DNA of 64,000 bases, taken from contig OZ024740.1 of the NCBI GenBank assembly GCA_964016885.1, positions 91,450,001 through 91,514,000 of the forward strand. The letters run 5' to 3'. This document shows positions 13,583 through 24,367 of the stretch, one piece after another. The DNA comes from Eledone cirrhosa. Taxonomy: Eukaryota. The position numbers and the translations under genes were made by a program. A model generated the notes under the pieces. It was not told the DNA's origin. It saw only the letters and a program-made list of their open reading frames with translations, and ran no database searches. Within the stretch, counting starts at the first letter, position 1; the number at the start of each line of letters is the position of its first letter.

Positions 13583-13585
<3 letters not shown>
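11585..13585 (+). mobile_element. 5'-truncated, decayed canonical EN+ PLE (RT + C-terminal GIY-YIG); different clade from the main array
   Basis: RT and EN remnants followed by a ~600-bp 3' region with a degenerate hammerhead-like tail (ccGAAATATATAggg, ~13334-13369). Flanked by (TA)n. Confidence 0.85.
11648..12952 (+). pseudogene. PLE reverse transcriptase / GIY-YIG endonuclease pseudogene
   Basis: Motifs SLDVVALYTSVP, PMGSSLS, RYVDDI, LLDFRI..FYRK, then FVYKI..CNQYYIGCTIRPLHIRIKEH...WKH...EALFI..IN. Broken by frameshifts (~11995, ~12690) and a stop at 12497. Confidence 0.88.
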
Positions 13586-13638
<53 letters not shown>

Positions 13639-13789
13639 CATATAAATGTATATATATGTATATTTATATATATATATGTATATATGTATGTATATATATA
13701 TAACTATGGAGCGTTTCCAAGCATCATTTTGATTTTTGCGTTTCGTATCGCTTTTTCTACCCGCCGAAAACGATTCTCGCTAAATTTAT

Positions 13790-14386
13790 ATTAGTATTAA
13801 TATTCTGAGTCTTACAATTAACCTGTTCATAATTCTATTGACAGATTAATTCCATAAGTTTATTTTAATAACCACTATGTTGAGTGCTTATTCGAGTTGT
13901 GCTATTTATGCAACCTTTTCCATGATATAAACATACAGAATTCATTTGCCAACATCTGGGGTTTTTCCCCTTGTGAAGTGCACATGTGCTTTTACGAAAC
14001 TGAGTGTCATTCACAAATTTGGATCAGAGCAAAATACCTGTTAATAACGTGATATTCGTTGTTCGATCATTATACCTAAAGCTTATAGTTTTAAGCAGAC
14101 AGTATTATGGATTTAGGTGTCAGAAACCCTGCATTTGGATTTTACAAACAACTCCAATGGGTCCAGGTCTGTTTTTTTTATCATATATTTTGTCTTGTCC
14201 TGTGTAGCTTGATTTGATTTTTGGCTAAGGTGGTTGATGCTTTCTTGGCCACTCTTTCAGTTTTGTATAGCGTTTTAACATATTGTATAGCTCTGTTTTT
14301 TTTAATTATGGAGCTCTTGCCAGCATCATTCTTATTTTTGCTTTTCGTTTCGCTTTTTCTACCCGCCGAAATGTGATTCTCGGTGA

Positions 14387-14390
<4 letters not shown>
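13790..14390. repeat. Diverged interspersed repeat abutting (TA)n; related to 60020-60570 and, inverted, 61385-61880
   Basis: Shared terminus tttctacccgccgaaatg(t/c)gattctcg...ttata and shared internal blocks (ttctattgac..attaat; gttcgatcat; aagcagacagta; cagaaaccc). The terminus is also repeated at ~13740-13790. Confidence 0.65.
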
Positions 14391-14449
<59 letters not shown>

Positions 14450-14557
14450 AAAAGAAGTTGATATTTATCAATGCCAGGACCGGTTGTATTTCAGCGTATT
14501 CAATAGGAAATGTAGAATAGATTCCCAGTGTATACACATACACACACACACACACAC

Positions 14558-14601
<44 letters not shown>

Positions 14602-14771
14602 AGAGATATCCACGTTAAGATGTGGGATCTAGTCTGCATGAAGAACTCAATGTAATCCATATGTTGAAAATGTTGTAGATTAAAATAAAACCCGGAAAAC
14701 AATAAAACATTAAAAGGAAAACAGAGTCATGATATAAGTTACAACAATGAAATAAAAAATCAAGGCACTAG

Positions 14772-15562
<791 letters not shown>

Positions 15563-15574
15563 TGTGTATATATA

Positions 15575-15623
15575 TATTGTTAAACACGCCGGGTCCGTCA
15601 ACTTCTTATTATATATATATATT

Positions 15624-15688
<65 letters not shown>

Positions 15689-16210
15689 ATATAAATATAT
15701 ATATAATAAGAAGTTGACGGACCCGGCGTGTTTAACAATGCCATGACAGGTTGCATTTCAGCGTACACAATAGATATTGTAGAATACATTCCAGGTTATA
15801 CACATATTTATTCGATTAAACACAGCACACGTAAACAGGTGTTTATATTAGTTCCCGGACTCGACTTTCGGCCACACGTAATTCAGCAATAGGGTGCACT
15901 GCACCCTCTGTCTGCAAGTATTATGCAATAATGCATAATCGGCGGATGTGGGTTCATCAGCGGGTATCGCTTAATCAATAACCAATCGATCGACAGACTT
16001 CAACCCCATTTCCATGAAGGCTATAACTATAGGTGACGGCCGACACAGTAAAGTGATTAGCAACTGAAATCTAATACAACTCCGTCCCCCGATCAGCCAC
16101 CGATTTCCAAATTTACGTGTTGGCAGGAGATAGAAAATAAATAGTTATCGCTCCCGCCAAAGGTTCTTAGCCAACGTGTCTCAAACACATATTGATAAGA
16201 TAGTGAACAG
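15575..16210. mobile_element. PLE-type end remnant with a short inverted terminal copy across a (TA)n tract
   Basis: 15577-15612 is the exact reverse complement of 15703-15739; contains a hammerhead on the minus strand. Confidence 0.6.
15854..15964 (-). ncRNA. Type I hammerhead motif with ~80-nt stem II region
   Basis: cccg-CTGATGA-ac ccaca...tgtgg cc-GAAA-gtcgag-TC-cggg; 4-bp stem I, near-palindromic stem III, GUC cleavage triplet. Confidence 0.6.
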
Positions 16211-16415
16211 TTGGTTATTAGAAAAAGCAATTCCACTCACACATATATAAATATATATACAATATATTAGTAAATGGAAACTATATTTATAAAACCATAA
16301 TTATTATAAATATAGTTTCCATTTATTAATATATTGAATATTTACTCCAGTGCTCTATATGAGTTATAAACTTTTAAGTTTGTTGGAATCCCAACAAAAT
16401 CAATATAACTTCTGC

Positions 16416-16452
<37 letters not shown>

Positions 16453-17399
16453 ATATATATATACATATACGTGTGTATGTATGTATGTATGTATGTGTGT
16501 GTGTGAATGTGAGTGTGATTGTGTGTATGTGTGTATGTATGTGATGACGCACGGTTAATGGTTAGAGCATTGGGCTTACGATCCTGAGGTTTCTCGCTTG
16601 ATTGCCAAACCGGACGCCATGTAGAAAACGGGGTAGCTGTCAGTCTAAACAAACATCCTTACCCGGCTTTTTACCATGGAGTGGAATTTCTTGGTGCAAA
16701 TCACTTTGTAATTGATGAGAGATATCGATCTTTATTTCATATGATCTCAGCTTAGGATTCTGTCAGCTACTGTAACCATGTTGCTCAATACAACCTGCTT
16801 CTTGGTAGGGTTGTCAGTGGCAAAAGCAGTTACCCTATCAAAGCACAGTCTGGTGAGGAATTTACATGGAAACCTAGCATCACAAAACACGATAGCTGTT
16901 AAAGGGCAGAGGAACTCGATTCGTTAGAATCAACGTCTATTCACCCCATCCATGTGTTAAATAGCCTTACCAACCTACAATTGGCCAACTATGGTGAGAC
17001 CGGCTACATCCCCCAAGAGTTTAATCTCGATGACAATAACGTAAGCGATCCTTGTAACTGTCCTGTTATTCTGTTTTGGCTTCTCATTGGGCACATAGCA
17101 GTGTGGATGATGTATTTGGTGATATGTGTACATCACAAATACATAGAATTGTGAGCTTTATATGTAGATATTTCTTTGAAAACCCACAGGTTAAAAGAGG
17201 AATGGCAACGTGTGCATACTCGACCGGTTAGTAGCACATAGTCGGAAATCTACACATGGGTAGGTCGATACCTATCCACGTCGCTGCAGTGTTATCGTGG
17301 ACAGCACTATGATTCGGTCGTGTTTTGAGCGTCTGATGATCCATTTTGGTGATGCACAGCGCACCTCTACCACAAGAGTTGATCTAGTCAGAGCTTGTT

Positions 17400-19680
17400 C
17401 AGCCGTGAAACTGCCAAGCACCATGCTGGTTTCGGTGTTTCAAAACGGCAGTATAGGAAGCAAGTATTACTAGAGCAAAACAAAGTCAATTAAGTTAATG
17501 CGGACATTTTCTATTTGAAATGGATCTCGTTATCTCCAGCTTTGAACTGGTTTGAAACCAAATAAAAACGGCCCCAATATTGTTCACATATCTGGACTCA
17601 ATGAAACATGGTTGATTGATGAGGATCAGTTTATACAATCCGGGGTGGGTAGCAGTTTCTTCTGGAAAGGGGAGCGTGAGTGAGTTGTAGGATTAGCCAT
17701 TCGAACTCGATAACTCTAACGCCAAATTGCGGAGGGAACATGACACGTAGAAACAAATTGGGGATTAACGTTCTTGGATACACAAATGATAATAGGCTGA
17801 ACCTTGTTCAGGACTGCATTAAATCTAAATTAACAATTTGCAAATAGATTTTCTCCCACAAAGACTGTCATTATTAGATTCAACGAAGATCCAGCCATGG
17901 GCATATTCTCGATTATGTCATACATCGTAAATGAGACCTGTACAGGTCATTCGTGGTACTGAATGGGCTACATGCTCTGGCATGGGGCAAAATGAAATTC
18001 TGTATGAAACGTATACGGTCTAATTGGGCGAGGCATCTTAAATGTGTAGATACATCAAGATTTCAGGGCACGCTGGTACTTAAGGATCTGAAAAGTACTT
18101 TTGAAGAAAATGAATTTGACGGCGAATAAGGTCATTTTAAGACCGCGGTCTACAACACTAGTGTTGGGGAAGTAAAGTCGGGACTGTTTTACCGAAAATG
18201 ACTTGCAGATCAACAAGTTATTCAAAGCTTCTCTCCTTTCAGAATGCAAAATCCACTCTCCAGCGCAAAATACGTCTTATGAAAAATGAAAGATGTTCAG
18301 ATTTATCAAAGCAAATTCAGTGTATCTTTGATAGAAATGAGTTTAAGACATAAAACCACTTGATATACCAGGTAATTTGTCCCCAATTCCCGATTCCCGT
18401 CTGCGGTACAACTCTTGCCTAAGGTCATCGTTATTTTCAAAAGGTCATACGGGATAACGAAATGCAATGCTATACTGAGCATTTTACCGATCTTTTTTTT
18501 TCATAATTTCTCGGGATGTAATGCATATATAAGCAATATCTTGCCGAAATTGGATATACTCTAAGATATCTCAGACCATCCTAATTTACCAGATGCTCAA
18601 AAGAGAGTAGGAGATATTAATACTGGGAGGGCACCGTGTCTTGATGGTATTTCTGTCGAAATGTTATATTATGGAGCAGAAATAATTGCTGCGGAGATTT
18701 AAAGTTTCACTTCTGATATTTGGTCGTGTATCTCTGTTCCTCAAGATTGGATGAATGCGATCCTACTTGCCTGTTTAAAGGGAAAGTGTCAGATTTGGCG
18801 TTCGATGACAATAAGATAATAAACTTTCTTGAATCAGTGGGTACAATGTTCGCAAACCATACATCTCTCTCTTTCATAGGCATACCGTGTAAATCATTCC
18901 TTGAGTCTTTCCAGAGAGACAATGTGCATTTAGGTCAGGCAGATGAACAATTCATATGACTCTTTCAGCTTGCCAACAGCAGGAGAAATGTTATGAACAT
19001 TGAGTAGATTGTTATCAAGTGTTATTTTGACCTCACCAAAGCTTTAACATCCTGAATAGGCATGCTATGTGAATGTTTCTTTTTAAGGTCAGATGCTCTC
19101 CAGTTTTAGTGAGAATGTTCAACCACCTTCATCGAGGTACGAAGGTACGAAAGAAAAGGTTAACGTCAAACATTCTCAGATTGAACCTTCAACAAAGAAG
19201 TTAGACATGAGTAATTCCAAACCCAATTCTATTTTTACCAAATTTCTTTGCTATGACTCTCACATATGGTTTTCAGAATTCCGATGACGGTATGTATATG
19301 TGGTTTAGGATCACAAATAACGTTGTAAATTTAACTGGCTTTAGAGTGAAAGCGAAGATTTTCAGTCTGTTTCCGATCGATAATCTATAGTCATGATACA
19401 AACCTTGTTGTTCATACTGGGGAGAACATACAGGAAACCATGTACTTGTACTCTTGAGCATGTATTTCGTTTGGGTTTAACATCAACACAGAAACGCACT
19501 TGTTCATGTGTACACCTCCGCCTGGGCAATACTACGCCGAGCCCAACATATTTGGTGTTCTAGTGCAGAGTTTGACGGCTGGTTGTAAATTTGTCTCCCT
19601 TAGTATTGTTCACACCAGAGATGGTTTATTGGATTACGAAAACGAATCTAAAGATAGAGAAACAGCAATGCATTAGGTAT
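17400..19680 (+). mobile_element. Heavily decayed RTE (BovB-like) LINE
   Basis: Short remnants in the expected order: APE-like FFWKG...VVGLAI (~17657), RAPCLDGISVEML (~18628), RT FDLTKA (~19025). Many stops and frameshifts; boundaries approximate. Confidence 0.55.
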
Positions 19681-19904
19681 GTTGTTATTTTCAATCCCCC
19701 TCGTTTGGAACGTACCGGTATATAGTTGAACATTGATGATACACCTGCACAGATGCCAATGTATTCTGCCAACTAGCCTAGAAAAATAATGTATTTTTGT
19801 GAATTTAATATACGTAATATAATTATACTGAAATTAAATATATATATTTCGTTTCTGAATTTGTTTAGCAAGATTCTTTATCTGAAATCGTGTGTTGAAA
19901 CCGA

Positions 19905-20059
19905 TATTGTTATATTTTGGGAGGGTCATGTTGCCAATAAGAAACACACGCACCAGTTGCTTTCATTTCAATTTATTATATATTTATAAATTTATAAATT
20001 TACAAATCTACAAACTTATAAATTTCTGGTTGGTTGGTTGGTTCCACAACCAGATAGTT

Positions 20060-20145
<86 letters not shown>

Positions 20146-20320
20146 AAATATATAATATATAAACAACTCTCTGGTTGTGGAACCAACCAACCAACCAGAA
20201 ATTTATAAGTTTGTAGATTTGTAAATTTATAAATTTATAAATAAATAATAAATTGAAGTGAAAGCAACTGGTGCGTGTGTTTCTTATTGGCAACATGACC
20301 CTCCCAAAGTATAACAATAA
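19905..20320. repeat. ~155-bp inverted repeat flanking a (TA)n tract
   Basis: 19905-20062 is the near-exact reverse complement of 20160-20320. Confidence 0.85.
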
Positions 20321-20361
20321 ATATATATATATATATATCCATATATATGTATATATATATA

Positions 20362-21840
20362 TAGTTGTGGAACCCTGGAAGGTAATATCCGTAGGGTAGA
20401 GCACGCAATCCATCGGACACTTAAGGTAGAAGTGGTTACACAACAGTTAGTTCACCATACCGAGAACAATTGTTTAAACTTAGCGGATGCTCAGCTCGTA
20501 ATGGACATGGTTATACGGCACAGGAAGGACAACCGTACGCACGCGTATGCGCAGAAACGATCACTTCACACGAGCAATACTAAATTGCGTGCGACAGGTC
20601 TAAGGGAGATAACTGCGAAAGTCCGAAAGATTCTAGTTGATAAGAAAATTAGAATGTTGTAATTCAATCCGGAGATTTGTAGTTATGTAATAGGTGTTTC
20701 GAGATGTGTGGACAAAGTGTGAATAATTCAAATCTCGTATTTAGGCAATCACTATAGCGTAATCTCTTTAGAATATTTATTCGTTCATCAATACATAGTC
20801 CACACGACGGATTGCCCCTTGCGTATGGCTTGGACTTAGTGATGGCTTTCCATTGAATGGAGTAGTCTATACTTGAGTCCTTGATGGACCATACGTGGCT
20901 CGCAAGTTTCGTGGATGAAGGTCTGTCCGGGTACCTAAAGGTTGACTGGTGCTTCAGGAAGCGTTCCTTAAATCGGCCCTCCGCCATTCCCACATATGAT
21001 TTGACATCCTCTGGTTGATTCGGTCGGTTGGAAGTGACCACAGCTTCATAAACTATAGCGGGTGTGTTGCATTGCTGTTGAAGGGGACAAGTTCGGGCTT
21101 ACGGCAAGAGCACCCAGGTGGGATATTTCTCTTAGGGCTGTTGGTGATGTGGGCCATCATCTTCTTAGCGTAGGAGTATCCTAATTTTATTTGTGTCGGT
21201 TAAAGGTGGAGCGGTATTTATGAACTATCGAAAAGTGTCTATCTAAGAGGGCTAGAAATTGTTTGCCTACATTGGTTTTAACGTTGAGTGAGAAGGGAGG
21301 AGAGAACCAGATAGTTTGTCTATTGTTACGCTTTCTTTTCTTATTGCTGTTGTTGTTAGTGGGAGAGTAAGAGAAAGGTTGCGAGAAGCCGCAGTTAGCT
21401 AACGCCGTGTTATAGTAGGGTGCTGCACTGTCAAATATAGCCATATTAGAGGAAAGGTTTGAGATTCTAGTACTGATATCATTTATGAAATTTTCAAAAA
21501 ACATTGGCAGGGTGGCATGTGGCCTTGTGAACATAATTGAGTTTTTCGTTTAGCTTACGGAAGGGTCTATAAAACATCTTACATAACTACAAAGCTCCGG
21601 ATTGAATTACAACAACATTCTAATTTTCTTATCAACTACAAACTTTCGGACTTTCACAGTTATCTCCCTTATACCTCTCGCACGCAATTTAGTATTGCCT
21701 TGGTGAAGTGATCGTATCTGCGGAGACGCGTTCCTACGGTAGTCCTTCCTGTTCCGTCTAACCATGTCCATTCTGAGCTGAGGATCCGCTAAGTTGAAAC
21801 AATTGTTCATGGTTAACTAACTGTTGTGTAACCACTTCTA
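20362..21840 (-). mobile_element. 5'-truncated Hydra-like PLE (family C) with inverted 3'-end copy at 21579-21840
   Basis: Thumb/linker (RISNLSS, YYNTAL, IWFSPPFS, VGKQFL) and EN (YVGMAEGRFKERFLKH, CGLCIDE, ELFTLCPH) fragments. 21579-21840 is a diverged reverse complement of ~20427-20690. (TA)n on both sides. Confidence 0.85.
20664..21570 (-). pseudogene. PLE RT-thumb/linker/GIY-YIG pseudogene
   Basis: ORF pieces 21187-21534 and 20664-21041 are homologous to the C-terminal third of the 24368-26674 protein; frameshifted. Confidence 0.85.
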
Positions 21841-21865
21841 TATATGTATATATATATATAAATCA

Positions 21866-21935
<70 letters not shown>

Positions 21936-22043
21936 ATAATAATACGAATAACTTGTGGAGAAGGACCACACGAGCTAGTATATATATATATATATATATA
22001 TATAATAATACGAATAACTTGTGGAGAAGGACCACACGAGCTA

Positions 22044-22107
<64 letters not shown>

Positions 22108-22805
22108 ACAGGGAGAAAAGACGATTATTAGGGAGAGAAAAATGTTTTCCTTTTTTTATTTTTTTCTCTTTTTTCTAGGTTAGAACATGATTAAATGAAA
22201 GTATTCTACATTGTGTGCAGTGTTAACGTATTGGCTAATTTATTTATTATTTAACAATGGTATTTATTTATTTATATATTTAATTATTGTCTATTACCCG
22301 TTTCAGCATTTTTATGCATTATCAAATGATAATAATATTTATTGTGTAAAATGGTGGTGTTGAACATGTTAAGGAATTAGTGAAGAAAGAATAATGTTAT
22401 TTACAAACAATGTTTAAGAAGTGAAAAGAAAAAAGAAAAAAAGGTGGCGTAACTTGGAACATTGCCCTATTATGTTCCACATTACGTCGCTTTTTTTTTT
22501 ACTCGACCAATCCGCGTACACACCGATTGGTCGAAATACAGTTTGCAAAATATAGCTTCCCGTAGCCGCTGTTAACTGTATATAAAGCACAACATTTACA
22601 CCAAATTTATACATCTCATTACAGTTAAAAATTGCAAACTTGACTGTCACCCGAAGATTGCGAAAGCATGACAGTACTTGTTCAATTAACATTAAGATTT
22701 AATATTCTACCATAATATTACATTCTAATACCATTATACATTTTAAAGGATTGTAAATAAAACGAGTAAATCAGACAAAGTTGGAATTACTTTTCTAAAA
22801 AAATA

Positions 22806-22810
22806 TTAAT

Positions 22811-22842
<32 letters not shown>

Positions 22843-22846
22843 ATAC

Positions 22847-22932
<86 letters not shown>

Positions 22933-22956
22933 CTATATATATATATATATATACAA

Positions 22957-22989
<33 letters not shown>

Positions 22990-23030
22990 TATATGTATAT
23001 ATATATATATATATATACATATATATATAC

Positions 23031-23076
<46 letters not shown>
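22806..23076. repeat. (TA)n microsatellite, left target of the PLE array
   Basis: Nearly pure TA repeat directly abutting the element terminus. Confidence 0.95.
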
Positions 23077-23078
<2 letters not shown>

Positions 23079-23169
23079 CGAAGGAAATGTGGTAAGGAAC
23101 CAGGTGGACCATAACGCACCAAAGTACTCAATACTTGAGGTAGTAGAGTGGGTAATAGGAACCAGTAAG

Positions 23170-23263
23170 ACCCCGACAGCTGAGCTCAAGCCGTTTCGAC
23201 GGCTAATTCTGGACTAAATGAAAATTTATCCTGGTATTTAAATAGCCGATCTTCTCAAGGGGT
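23170..23263 (-). ncRNA. Type I hammerhead ribozyme, U3-A8 core variant (unit 1)
   Basis: acccc-TTGAGAA-ga(t)cggcta...tagccgtc-GAAA-cggc ttgagctca gctg-TC-ggggt; predicted cut between 23175 and 23174. Confidence 0.7.
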
Positions 23264-24367
23264 AATTCCATATATGGTCAAAGTGATTGTCAAAAATCAG
23301 TAGTAATTCTGTGGTTGCAAATTAGTAGGGGAGATGGTGGCTAAACCTGCCAGTAGGAGAAAGAGGGGAGGGGGTGGAGTAGACCCAATCAAGCGTTGGT
23401 AGTGCCAGCTACAGCTGGGCATGAGGTCAAAGAAGATACAGGGGAGGGGAAGGGGAGGAAGTCGGAACGGTAGGTAGAACAATTGGGGGTAGAAATAGGA
23501 AAGAAAAAATACTGAGAGTGAAGAAAAGCAAATAAGTGTAAAGAAAAAGAAAAAGTAAAGTAAATTAAATTCAACGACCTAGGTGTCAGGCTATTGTTAG
23601 GCGAGAATAAAATAAAGAAAGAAAGAAAGAAGTAAATAAATAAATAAATAAATAAATAAGGAAATAAGTAAGAGAACTAGGTGGGACAGATAAGGCAAGG
23701 ACCCTTTTAAGAGGTATAAATACGTAAATGATACGGTGACGGGTCAACAAAAGGGGCCAAAATACTAAAGAGACTACCACGAAATAAACAATAAAGGTTT
23801 CCATCCCGGGCCAGCAACGACCCAGTGCAGCAAAGTGAACTTGTACGAGATAATAATTCTGAGTCCCGGGAAAAATATATACTAATGCTAACTCTAAAAG
23901 ATCTAAAACAAGCTACATGAAAGTTCGTACGAAATAAAGGTAGAATACGGAGAAATAAATTCAGAATCCACCCCGCCCAGAAGAAAAGCGAAGCAAGAAA
24001 TACTGAAACGAAAAAATAAGGCATAAGTGCCACTAAGAAATATAGAGGGCACAGAGAATAGTGGGAGCGGTCGGAAAAAGGGGGAAAGTATCCGGGGTCT
24101 AAGCCAACTGCTATAAAGGGCGGAGTCCGCCAAATCTATCAAAGACTAGGGGAGGGTGGGGGGGTACTAAGGCTACATGGGGCCAAAGGGCAGCCTCGGG
24201 TGGGCGAGAAAAGACGCCGACAAAGGAGAAGAGCTGGGGTAGAAGGACAAAGGAGAGAGGGGGGAAGGAAATAAAGGAAGCGATAAAAGAATACAAAGAA
24301 GATCTTACGTCTTCCTTGGCAAGCAGGGGTTACCCATTGCAAAATCGGCAACTGGGGTGTTATAGCC

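Noticed and set aside
16545-16625. tRNA-like sequence
   Set aside because: Only an A-box-like remnant, with no B box or cloverleaf; at most a decayed SINE head.
20535-20575. Possible hammerhead in family C end (TGAAGTGATCG...ACGCGT; also ~21703-21735)
   Set aside because: Neither copy gives a recognisable core or closing stems.
24111-24131. TATAAA + GGGCGG as an antisense promoter in the pseudo-LTR
   Set aside because: Short motifs expected by chance; the GC box is part of a ggcgga/tccgcc hairpin, and there is no transcript evidence.
23297-24351. Short hydrophobic ORFs in the pseudo-LTR and antisense ORFs inside the RT gene
   Set aside because: They recur only because the unit is repeated; mostly non-ATG starts, pyrimidine-rich composition and no motifs.
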